DNA of 64,000 nt from Plasmodiophora brassicae (taxonomy: Eukaryota): contig CP145413.1 in assembly GCA_036867785.1 (NCBI GenBank), positions 1,364,001 through 1,428,000 of the forward strand. The letters are read 5' to 3'. Under the pieces are notes generated by a model, which saw only the letters and a program-made list of their open reading frames with translations, was not told the DNA's origin and did no database searches. Positions 44,908 through 56,700 of the stretch are shown here, in pieces. A program made the translations under genes and the position numbers. The first letter of the stretch is position 1; each line of letters begins with the position of its first letter.

Positions 44908-45358
44908 GTCCGGCCGTTCGACGACCGCTGTCGATCTCCAACGAGGTCCGTCTCGCGACAAGGCGGCCGAATGCAGTTGGTGCTCGCACTTGGGCGGAGG
45001 GCCGGAGCCAGGCCCCCCTTTTCCGCGCAGTTCTGGCCAACCAGTGATGTGCGGCGGTTGCAACAGCAACGCTGGTCCGACACCAACGCTTCGGGTGGGC
45101 CGGTTCCGATCCTGCCGACATTGTAACCCTTGGGGCCGTCCCATGTCGTGCGTTCCGATGGCGGGTACATGAAGCCCATCGGTCAGATACCGCCAGGCGG
45201 ACCTGACCATATCGGGAGTCGAGCACGACGTCATCGCCAGCAATCAAGTCGAAGGTACTTAATCTCATCCGCGAGGAGATGTACTTGTCGGCCGCCGGGG
45301 GAGACGATAACCGGTCCACTTGGGGGGCAGCTTTATTTTTAGAACCCGCTGGGTGGTC

Positions 45359-46134
45359 ATGTCGACGTCGACGCCATCGCGAACGCAGACGAGGTTCGGG
45401 ACGGTGACGCGGGTGTCGCCAGGCGGGGCGGCCCGGCCGTCGAAGCAGCAGCAGCAGCAGCGCCGAGTGAGCGGGGCGAACACGGGCACGGCCGCCAAGG
45501 TGAAGAGCTATGCGGAGCTGAAACGGGCGGAGCAGGCCGTCGTCGAGGAGAACCAGCAGTTGAAGGCGCTCGTCCGGAAGCTGACCGACGACATCGAGGC
45601 GCTTCGTGGCGACGACCGCGTCCAGGAGCTCGAACGCGAGAAGCAGCGCCTGGCCGAATGGGGACAGCAGTGCCAGATGCGATGCTCGGAGATCGAGTTC
45701 AGCGCCGAGGAACGACACATCCGTACGTACCTGCTACGCCTGACGCGTCTGTCGTCTGATGATTGTGGTGCTGATTTGATCGCAAAGACGACCGGGAAGC
45801 GTTCGAGAAGCAGTTGCAGGAGATGCGCGATCGGGTGGAGCAGAGCGAGACGGCGCTGGACGCCTGTCGTGGCGCGCTCGAGCGACATGGCATCAACGCG
45901 ATCTCGTTGGAAGAAATGTCAGCGCCGGTTGAAGGCGACGACGACGCGACCGTCATTTCCGACGGGATCCTCGACGACCTGGTCGCGTCGGAAACGATGG
46001 CGGAGCGGATCCTCGCCGAGCTCACGCTCATGTCCCGGCCGGATGCGCCGCCGTCCCGCTCCCGAACGCCGTCGCCGTCCAGCTCGATCGGTGCCGCCGA
46101 CGTCTTCTTCTCGCCGCTACGCTCCGTATCATAA
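45359..46134 (+). CDS. Coiled-coil hypothetical protein, 1 intron
   Basis: EENQQLKALVRKL..ELEREKQRL; second exon EKQLQEMRDRVEQSE. Confidence 0.6.
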
Positions 46135-46189
46135 TTCACGAAACGCGCCTGTGCACATTGACGGGGGAGGGCGGTATATTGACACAGGT

Positions 46190-46704
46190 TTAACGACGTC
46201 CAGCGAGCCACGGTTTGACGACGTTGGCGTGGAAGGCGACGGCGCCGAGGAACGACCCGAAGATGAGGAGCAGGGCGGTCAGCTTGCCCTGTTTCGAGGC
46301 GGCGTCCTCGAGCATCTCCCGCAGCGCCGACGCCTTCTCGTTATGCGGGTCGAGCTGCAGGACGCGGGCGACGTATTCGGCGGATTCGGACAGCAACCCC
46401 AGCTTGTACTTGCAAACCGCCTGCGCGTAACACGAATCGACGATCTCCAGGCCCTCCTCGATCATGTCTAGGGCAGGGTCGGGTTTAGAACGTCACCAGG
46501 CAGGGAAGCGAACTATTCCGTACCGTCGAGGATGTCCTGCGCCTCGAGGTGGTGCAGCCGGTCATCGGATCGGAGCAGGGCCTTGGCCAGGTCGAGCTGG
46601 ACGGCGTGGTCGGGGAACTCCCGGTCGCGTTCGTCGTTCCATGCCTGGCGCAGGACGATGATCTGCCCGGAGCAGTCGACATCGTCCTTGTCCTGCACCG
46701 TCAT
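46190..46704 (-). CDS. FIS1: Mitochondrial fission protein FIS1-like, 1 intron
   Basis: QLDLAKALLRS; CYAQAVCKYKLG..VLQLDPHNEKASAL; C-terminal TM plus basic tail. Confidence 0.8.
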
Positions 46705-46974
46705 GTTGTGTCGACGACGACGGATGCCAGCTGATCGGCCAGTGTGATCGCAGGCGTCACTCGCGACAACACCGTCGCTTAAATTGGCGACGCCACGGCA
46801 CTGGATACTTCGCGGCGCATTTTTCAAAAAACTCGTTGCTGCAACTGACCACAGCACACCGAACAGAGACCAATCACCAATGCCAATGGCACCACTGTTT
46901 GGCGATTCGGACGCTATGGGCGGTAGTCTTCACTTATACAGAGATGGTAAAACAGGACGAAGAACATGAACTCG

Positions 46975-47802
46975 CTACGTGTCGACGTTGATGCCGGCGT
47001 TGCGAGCATCCCTAATCGCCTTGGCGAGTTCAACCCTGCGCTGTACGTCGAAGAACTTCTTCGACGTCTCGTCCATGTTGGTCGTGTCGATGGTGAACAA
47101 GTTCAACCGGTTCTGGTCCCTGGCGTTCTCATTGTGGACGCGCATTTCCCGAACGACCTCCCTTAGCAGCAACGTATGGTCGTCGTTGGCGACACGATCG
47201 TCACGTGGTGGTGGGCTGTCAGGCCAGGCGGCACCGTCCTGCGGATGGTTATGCACTGGCGCGCTAGCACTGGGCGAACCGTGGGACAGCAACAACGACG
47301 TCGTGAGGAGGTTCCTCGGCGAGCCCGGCAGCTGGTCATGTTCGGAGGCGGCGCCGGGCGCCTGTGCAGGCAACGGCCCAGGTGCGCCGCCGGCGAGTGG
47401 AATGCGCTGGCAATCAGCGTTCCCGCTCGCAACGTGATCGATTCGCGCATCCGGGTTGCGCATGTACTCCCAGATATGACAGTACGAGAACGCGTCCTTC
47501 TCGTAGAACTTGTACTTCTCGATGGCCATCCGCATCAACTGTTCATAGGTCCATCCGGGGTGCTCACGCTGGGCGGCGGCGAAGTGCTTCGTGAAGTTCG
47601 CAAGCGACAACTGGATTTTTCGCCAGCGACCGGCCACGGTGGCCGGCGTCCGCAGCGTCAGCGGCTGCGTCGCCTTGAACTCCTCGAACGCACGCGCCCA
47701 GAACTGATCCTTTCCCCTATACTCTCCACCGCGTCTGGTGCGGACGACGGCACGCGCCACATCGAGCTCTTCGCGAACCTTCCATTCCGGCCCGCGACCC
47801 AT
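46975..47802 (-). CDS. Myb/SANT-like + NAM-associated domain protein (Harbinger ORF1-related family)
   Basis: GPEWKVREELDVARA..QFWAR..RT...RW; FSYCHIWEYMR; C-terminal FTIDTTNMDETSKKFF. Confidence 0.72.
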   Translation of the reverse strand: MGRGPEWKVREELDVARAVVRTRRGGEYRGKDQFWARAFEEFKATQPLTLRTPATVAGRWRKIQLSLANFTKHFAAAQREHPGWTYEQLMRMAIEKYKFYEKDAFSYCHIWEYMRNPDARIDHVASGNADCQRIPLAGGAPGPLPAQAPGAASEHDQLPGSPRNLLTTSLLLSHGSPSASAPVHNHPQDGAAWPDSPPPRDDRVANDDHTLLLREVVREMRVHNENARDQNRLNLFTIDTTNMDETSKKFFDVQRRVELAKAIRDARNAGINVDT

Positions 47803-48497
47803 TGCGCTGTCTTCGAAAATTACCACGTGAACTTTTTGGGAACGGATCGTCATAATACCCCATGCAGCAGTGTAGGTTCCCGTCCGCAATGCGTTTGGCT
47901 GATTGCTCTGTTCCCTGACGACAACCGGCGGTAACCTTCGCTGCTGACTGACCTCCGTGCATCACTGTCCTCGGATGCACTCGGTGTGACAGACAATCCA
48001 TGCCCCGCACTTCGTCGGGCAGTCGCCAGTCGGTCGGTCACGTGCGAACTGGCGCATGCAGTCGCGGTGTTTTCGACCGCGTCCTGTCCGGCCGATCGGC
48101 TGCGGGTCACATCCTGCGATAGTCGCCGTTGCCCTATCCTAGCGCACGCCGGAATGGCACCCGGGTTCGCCGATCCTGTCAGGCCATCTACTGGGCGGCG
48201 GCCATCCACGACGACGCGCCGTTGGATCGCGTTCACTCCGAGCCACCCGGCAACCTTGCGTGGTCATGTGCCCCGCCTGCCCACTGCGCCCAGCTGTAAA
48301 CGTTGACAGCGACAAGGTCACGATCGGCAGAGACGACGCCGGGCGACATCTGGACAACGGGCTCGCGTGTCTTCCAGGTTATTCGTTTTGTTCCCTATTT
48401 TTGGGTCACCACTTATCATTGGTCAGCCCTACCCGCGGCGATACGTGCCTCGCGTTGTCCTGCTGTCCCGATCGCCCGCTTGCGGTGCGGGTTGGCA

Positions 48498-49683
48498 ATG
48501 CGGCAACGTCGCCGGCGATGTCGCCCGTCGCTTCTGCCGATTACTGCCTTGTCGTTATCGACGATCGCGCTGGGCACGTTGCTTCTGTGGGGGGTTGAGC
48601 GCCCGGCCACGAACAGGGTGTCGCCGGTCGCGATCCGGTCGTCTGATGTGATGGACGCGCCGCCGGTCTGCCTCTACCAGGGCCTGACAGGATCGATGAA
48701 CCCTGATGCCATCCTGACGCTCGTGATCACGCCGAAATCGCTCTCCTCGCATCGGAACGCGGTCAGCGAGGCGAAAGTTCGCTTCGCGTTTCGAATGATG
48801 GCTTCGCTGCCCGACGTGAACGTCGTCGTCCTGTCCAGAAACTGCCAGGTTTTACTGCTTGCTCGTGAGATGGGCCTGCCCACGTTTCAGTTCACAACGG
48901 GCAGCGACGTCGAGGACCTGACGTACCGCCATGTCCTGCACGTCGTTGATCGTGTCATACCGTCGACGAGCCCGGCGGTCGGGTTCTCGAACAGCGATAT
49001 CATATTCGACCGGTCGCTGGGCGACACGGTCAGGGCCGCGCTGGCACATGCGACCTCCAGTGGATGGCGGAGCTGGTTCCTGCAAGGCACCAGAACGAAC
49101 TTCGACCTACCACCTGAAAACCTCGACTCGCTTATGTCGTCCTGGAATGCGGAGCATCCGCCTGCCCTCAAAGACATCGTTGCCGCCAGCGGCAGAACGT
49201 TCCATATCGACGCGCAGGACTACTTCATCTTCAACAGGGGCATCGAACTCAACTGGCATTGTATGCCGCCGTTCCTGCTGGGCGGGGTGTACTTTGGTAA
49301 CCGGACGGGCGTGCCGCGCGCGCGCACCGATCCGCCTGCTGATACGTCTCTGCATAGACAATTGGTTCGTCGGGCTTGTCAACACGAAGCCCGGTATGGA
49401 AGTGATCGATGGGAGCCAGACGATCCTGGCGGCCCATATTGCGCATGGGGCGCATCGGAAGGAATCGCATGCGACGTCGGCGTCCGAGATCAATCTGTTG
49501 CTCGGTGAAAAGCACTTCTGGGCCCATGGGTTCATTCCGGACGCGCGATGGTCGGCAATCAAAGGCGATGGCATCGCATTCACGTCCAAACACGACAGCG
49601 ACTTCAGGTCGACGCATTACGACCAGTATTGGGCGTGTGTGGCCGATCGAGGCGTTCGCGACGAAATCGACCAAGCCGCGTGA
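48498..49683 (+). CDS. Type II membrane glycosyltransferase-like protein (GT-A, DxD-like), 1 intron
   Basis: RRRR + TM at N-terminus; GFSNSDIIF, QDYFIF, F|DNWFV motifs. Confidence 0.65.
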
Positions 49684-49813
49684 TCCAACTGATTGACACG
49701 GTACCTATGGAGTCCTTCGTGGCGAAGATGTGTTTAGCTTCGGCGTTGTGGACGTACTCTGTACCTCCGAGCGGGCGCTGTGTAGGTAGAGATGCGTGTC
49801 CACTGGTAAACTA

Positions 49814-51911
49814 TTACAGTTCATGGATTAATGGGTTGCCGTCTTCGTCGAGTACGGAGGCGATCTGGTCGGCAACGACCCGCATTTGGTCATAGGTGAT
49901 GGCGGGAAAGTCGCCGTGCATGGTGCCACCCGGGATGTGACCCAGAGCCAGGTAACGTCGGTTCATCATGCGCGCCAGGTGCTCGTAGCATCGGTTGACA
50001 TGGCGGTCCGGCGTGATTTCCAGCAAGGCGGCCCCAGCGCCAGTGAACACGAAGTTGGACAACCCTGCACCGTGAATGCCGGCGACGACCTTCGCCTTCG
50101 CATAGGCCGTCATCTGCTCAACGAGCGTACCAGTCCCGTCATGCACGTTGATCCTGGGCCCGAACCGTTTGCGTAAGAAACGCTGCACGTCCACGATTAG
50201 CAGGCAGAACAGGTCGCCCCCACGGCCCGTGACGTACCTGAAGCTCTGCATCGTTTGGAAACGTGCGCGTTCGACGACTGACGTAGACGATGTCGCCGGC
50301 AGCGTTCGTGGCGGGACGCACGTGGGTAGACGGGGCGAAATCCTGAACGGCGTGAATGGCAAGTCTTGGTGGCAGGAACGCGCTCCAGATATCGCCGCCG
50401 AAGCGATCGTCGTCGTCGGGGACCCTGTCCCAGTCGATGACATAGAGACCTTGTCGGAAGTTCACCGTCGTGTGACCGGCGTCGTCGGGACATCGCAAGA
50501 TGATCTCGGGGCGCAGCTCGGGAATCATCTCGACTGCTTCGTCTATGACGCGCGATAGGCCTTGACGCGGTAGCAGGAGCCGGACGTCGCGGTACTCAGG
50601 ACGGGATAGGACGTAGCGATGCAACAGCAACAGCTTGGGCAGGACCTCGATCACGGCGTGATAGTGGTTGCCGACGAAGAAATCGAGAACCGACGCCAAT
50701 GGTGCGTCGACGATCTGGACCGTCTCAGTCGCCAGATGCGACAGACGGTGTTGATCGACGCTGGTCGCCTGCCGGCCTCCTGACAACAACCCGTCAACGG
50801 TATGGCTGCAGGCCGTTTACCGGATCGTACCAGTGTGCACAGTGCATTCGGTCGTGATTGCTCCCGTCCCGGAGATGGAGCCTTTCTTGATGAACACGAG
50901 GTGTACGTTCTCGCCCAGCACCGTCACGACGATGTCGTTATTGCGTTTGGCGTCATTGCCCCAGCGACGCGAAATTCGCCACCGACCCGATGGACAGTAC
51001 GTCGGATGTGACGGCGTGCCTGCCGTCGCCATCGTCAGCGCCTCATCTGCCAGCGACCGTGCCAGGCGATCCCCAGCGAAACAGAATGATCGGATCAATG
51101 CGGCCATTCGTAGGCGATCCGGGGAACGTTCGAGGCGAAGCGCTTGGTCGGCATTCGTCCACGCCTCGTCGTATCCACCAGTGTTCAGCAACGTCAACGC
51201 CAGGTTCATATGCGCGTTCGACAATGCGGGTGGATCGAGCCGCCCCCCAAACTGGACAATCATCCTCCGGAACACGCCGGCCGCCTCCCGTGCTTCATTA
51301 TTGTACCCGAGCACAGCCCCGTATGCGGTGAGAACGTCAAGGTCGTCGGGCAGCATTTCTGCAGCGACTGTGTCAGGGGCGGGGTCGCATCCTGGCAAAC
51401 CTCAACAGTGGACCTGCTGCGAGGCGGCACATCCTTGCCATATCCTGGCGCCCCATGGGCAAACGCGCTCCCAGCTGCTGCCTATCGTTCAGTAGCGAGT
51501 TGACCGCCTTGCACAGCGACGAATGCATCGTGGGATCGTTCGGGAACCGGCGGCACCCTGAAGAGCGCCGTTAACGGTGCGTGCGTTTGCACACAGCCGG
51601 ATTCCAACCGTTGCGGTACGTAACGACTGCAGATTCCGGGTCCCCTGAACGCGACAGCGCCGTGCCCAGGTTATAGTAAACGGCCCTAATATCGGGCGCC
51701 ATCCGCTGTGCCGTTCGCAGCGATGATGCAGCTGCCGCAGTGTCGTTCGTTACAGACCCCGCACGCATCGAATCAAACAGGGGCCACCTCGTGCGAAATC
51801 GCCTGCGGCGAACGCCTGCTGGCTGGCGACCAGGACATCCTGCAGCGTCGTCGGCGATGGCGCCGCGGCGACCCCGGCGATGCACAACGTGACGGCGCAC
51901 GCGACGAACAT
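49814..51911 (-). CDS. Secreted TPR + GT61 (DUF563) glycosyltransferase, multi-exon
   Basis: Signal MFVACAVTLCIAGVAA; TPRs (YYNLGTAL, HMNLALTL); NHYHAVIEVLPKL; AKVVAGIHGAGLSNFVF. Confidence 0.82.
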
Positions 51912-52034
51912 TAGTGCGGACTCGTCGGCGCGTGGGCGAACGACGACGCGTCGCTATGCAATCGGACACGTACCCGAAATGGACACATTAACAGTCGGAG
52001 ATGGTCATATACATAGGGACACGTTCAGCAGGTG

Positions 52035-53330
52035 CTACGCGCAGCATTGTTCGTAGAGCAGCATGTAGGCACGTGCTGATAGGACGGACTGCAGAGTGCA
52101 TTCCCGGACCAGGTCGTCGCTGATGTCGTACCAGGCGCCGTGATCGGGCGGGATGCCACGACGAAAGACAGTGAAATGGCCACCGGCGCGACCGTGATGG
52201 CTGGCCACCATAACGGCTTGTAGAGCGTAACGCCGGCCAGGGTAGTGGGACAGAGAGGTGCGGCACAGGTCCAGGTGCACTGGGAATTCCACAAACGATG
52301 CATTCACTTCGATCTGCGAGACGCGCCGGTTGATGTGCAGGACCAGGGCGCTCGGGTACCTCGCGAAACGAGTTCGTTTGCGGGCGCGCAAGCCCGTCTT
52401 ATTGCACTGGTCGCATCGGACACCCTCGACCAACTCCGACGCCGTGAACGCTTCCAGACAGTCCATCAGCGAATGGGAATCGCCCCGCGGAACAGGTATC
52501 GATAACGCCACCTCACTGGAGAGCAGAACGTCGGACTGAGGAACCAAACCCAGATTGGTCAAGAACCCGTGGCAGAACAGGACTAGGTAGTGCGATTACC
52601 TCGTGGGCGCATTCGTCAAACGACAATGACGACTGCAGCACGAACGAGAACCTGATAGGATAGCGGGTGAATGTTGCACAGAGGCGTACGGCGAACCACA
52701 ACGGAGCCTACGGGTTCACAGCAGGACGAGGATGGTTGCCAATGTCAACCGCAACGACCATGCCCGTGGATGGATCAGCTTCGGCCCTGAACACGTCGTA
52801 CATTTCCATGAGGACGACGAAAAACTCGTGGGCGTCCTGTTACGAAACGTGAAGGGTGAACTCCATTCGGAGTCGGCCAAACCGGCAGCAGGCAGGGTAC
52901 CTGTTCCTGGAACCGAGCGAACCGCGGGCACTGCTGGCGGAACTCGTCGTAGACGGTGAGCGGATCAGCAAGCGGATCGTCTGAAACGCACCGAAGGGCG
53001 TGGTCAAACAGGCGCGTGAACCGGGACCGATATCTGCGGCGGGATTCGCCCTGCAGAGCCTGACGAAGCTCGTTCGGGAATGTCGCCGAACCTGCCACGA
53101 GCATCATCTAGGCGGAGACTGAGACCAGGATAGAAAACGGTGACGGCCCCTGTGATTACGACGGCGTTCATCCAGCAGGTGTTGCCGGTATTGGGCAGGC
53201 CGCGAATCCGGAGACGCCGGCGCCCCTTCCGTCTCCTGCCGTAGGTACCCGGTTGCCAGTTGGCGACGGCGATACAGGCCGCTATACCCAGAATCGACAG
53301 CACAGCTGCCGTCCTCTGACCGGGTACCAT
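52035..53330 (-). CDS. Ubiquitin-specific protease with N-terminal membrane anchor (USP30/Ubp16-like), multi-exon
   Basis: Cys box GLPNTGNTCWMNAV; QDAHEFF; His box HHGRAGGHFT..WYDISD..AYMLLYE. Confidence 0.88.
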
Positions 53331-53732
53331 CGCAGCGGGCCGTCACCGCAGTGGGTGTCCGGCCCGGCGACCCGCGCGCCGCAGTGGAAGCTGCACCTGG
53401 ATGCAGTCCTGGCGGACTCGGAGCAGCGCATGCGCCGCCCGGGGCATCCGACCGGGGTCCTATGTACGTACATACGCAACGGCGATAACCACCGAGCCCA
53501 CTGAACGGGAAGGTGCTCATGACGCAGCCATACTCCGACCTAGGCTAGGCGCGTGTGCAACGCAGCGACAGTGCACCCGTCCAAGACCCAGCCCATGTGC
53601 ATACCGTAGCGTGCATCGCGCGTTGGTCGAATGGTGTTGCGCGACGGGGTTCCGGTTACGCGCGCCCTCGCACGGCCGGGTTCGACGGAAGCGACGCCGC
53701 CGGCAAAACGCTGACGTCGACGTGGCGTGCTG

Positions 53733-56700
53733 ATGCCACTGTCGTTGTGCTGGGCGTCGGCCGCCCTTGTCGGCGTCATCGTGGCCGTCGCCGCCGCGTC
53801 CGACGTGGACGTCGAGTTACGGTCCGAGTTCCCGCCCGGGTCGCTGACACACCAGGCGCTGTGCGTTGTCACACCCGACCGGAGGTTGTCGTACGTCTGA
53901 AGTTTTGATCGGTAGGGAGTTCTATGGCGAGCTGTCGCTGTTCTGGGAAGCGGTCGCGATCGCTGCGGACGCCCATCAGGCGAACGGGACGGAACAGGAC
54001 GAATTCGCGCGTATCATGTCATCCTGTCTCGAACATCATACCGCATCGGTCTGCTCGGTCCTGCAAATGACCTTGGTACGACGATGGGTTATCCGCTTTG
54101 TTCCCATTTGTAACTCGTTCGCAATCAGGCCTTGAATGCATATTCGCCACGTCTCGAAACCAATCGCCAACTCCTCAAGGTCCTTCCCGAGGAATGCGCG
54201 CCCCGGAATCGGGATACTGAATCCGTCTCAGGAGACGTTACGCAGGAAGGGTCCTGTAACAGCGTGCTCCAAGGCTGCTATTGTTTCGTATGGCGACGAG
54301 GCGGTGTCGTGCGGGTTCGATGAGAGCCTTGCTGTCTCGGTTTCGAATGCGTCCATCTTCAGTTTCGACCACTTGCACCCGCTGTCGTCGTCACCCGGTG
54401 GGGTACACATTCGTGCCTTTTATCTCGTCCGCTTACTCTGGTTTCATTACAGGTCGTCCTGTCATTGTTTACGCTGACCTAGGAAGACAAGGGTTCGCCG
54501 AAATCCACAAACGGATTACGGAATCGAGGGTATTTGATGTCGGGCTTCCGCGTACATCTGTTGACCCGTTCCGCAGAGCCTCGCTTACGTTGTTCGTCTC
54601 GTCTCCCTGGATGATATTGAGGACGCCAGAGTGCCCTCGTTCAATCTCAATGGGTACGGCATTGAGCTGGCTTTCAAGAATATGGAGTACAATGTCCTGG
54701 ACGACCGAAATGCCGATTCCGAGCAGAAGCAAGAGGCTGCTGTCAATGGTTTGCCTGGCAGTTGGTGACGCTTTGCATACCCACCGCCTCACTTGCGTGC
54801 AGGCGTTTTCTTTGAAACGTTATCCAAACGGTATCCAAAGAGCGCGTCCGCCCTGCAGAAGATGAAGGGTGAAGGCGATGACATCAAAGTTTGGGACATG
54901 GGTGAGGTGCAGAACATTACATGGAATTGAGAACCATTTATGCCGGTTGCAGGAAAATTCGGACTGCAAGCGCTGCAACGGATCGCTTCAAGCAAAGACA
55001 GCTTGGGGACGCTTGCATCGCTTGCCGGCGATTTCCCTAACTATGCTGCGTCCCTTAGGAAAGTCAGGGTGCCGAAAGAAGGTCAGTCGACGTAACCGGG
55101 TGGGTAATCTGCGGTTTCATGCTGTCGAGCAGTGTCTGAGAGCGTCGACGCATTACACGCCAGCGGGATTCCCGCGGGGTTCAGTGCCCTGACACTCAAT
55201 GGCATATCGTTGGATTCGAGCGACCTGGACATTTTCGATATACATGCCATTGCCGTCAAGGAAGCCGCCTATATTGCCTTGCTTGACAAGATGGGTCTAG
55301 ACCATAGTCAGGTCCGGAATCTGCTTCAACCGCCAAGTAACCTGAGCTTGGGTTGTTCCTCATTGGCGAATCTTACTCAGTGTCCATTACAGATAATGGC
55401 CGCCCGCCTTCCCCAGCTACTCTGTTTGCTAGGGTTGCCGATAACAACGGCGTCCGATTGGATACCCGGGACGATGTCATCGTATGGATGAACGATTTGG
55501 AAAAGGGATCCAAACAGTACCGGGATTGGCCGCGATCATTCTTCTCGTTGCTTCAGATTGGATACCCAGGCCAAATCCGGGCGCTGGCTCGCAACGTTTA
55601 CACCTGTGTTGCCATCGTTGACCCGACGACTACCGATGGGCTTGTTCTTGTTGATTGGCTGAAGGAGTTCGTCAAGATGAATGCACCGCTCCGTGTTGGC
55701 ATCGTGTTCAATATTGACCATGGGTGCGCCACGTGATGAGCCCGAGTTTCCTATCATATGACAATGTTTATCAGGGGTGAAAACCGTGGTGCCAGTGAGG
55801 TCGCTGCGCGAGAGGTATTAGTTACGAGATTGTCACTGTTCGCATTGTCAATTGATGGGATCTGCCAGGTACTGGGACCCGACCTCCGCGAATCGCTTGG
55901 AGTCAACGGTACCACTAACCAGCCGGAACGGTCTGGCAACAGCCAGACGTCTGGTGCTGTCATTGCAGCAGTATTCAAAGCGTTGTTTAAGCTGTCGAAG
56001 AAAAAGTATGCTCAGTGGCTGGTGGATCCAATGCGCTCTCTCAATTGGTGTTCAGGGCATTCACTTTCCTTTCAAAATTGGCAACGCATGTGCAATCGCC
56101 CGCCCCTCCCACCTTGTCCACCATCCGCTTCTGTATGCCCTCCTCAGATCGAGCACTGCTGGATACCGCCGTTGACGAGTTCAACGACTACATTGTATCC
56201 TGCAAGCAATACGTCAAGGGCCGCCGTCTCAACTCTGGTTCGCTCTTCTTTGTCAACGGCGTCGCGCATGTCTTCGACTCCCTCGTCGGCCGACAGGCAT
56301 TCCAGCAGCGTCTTATTCGTATCATATATCTTTGGCAGCACGCAGGTATTGCTCGCTCGGCCTTCCACTTTCATAATTGCAACCTGACGCTCGCCGCAGT
56401 GAGCTTGGCCGTGCGCGATGGTCTGCTTAACGACGACACGGATCTTGAACGCTTCATGTTCGATGCCGACGATGTCGTACAAGTTCAGTCAGACGTCGTT
56501 GCTGTTCCCAAATCGTCACACAAGTACGTTGGCGACTACCATGTGGTCGCGGCTCCGTCAGGGTTGAGATACGTATCGGAGGGGTTCACAACCGTATGGG
56601 TTAACGCCGATCTCGACACTGACCTTGGCGCCCGTATCGCATTCAATGCTGTCCAGTTCGCAATTCGTAACGGCGACGTGCGTCTCGCCTTCGTCTTCCC

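Noticed and set aside
44908-45243. Upstream extension of the 713-aa ORF
   Set aside because: Begins at a non-ATG codon and has non-protein-like composition; ATG 44907 gives a clean signal peptide.
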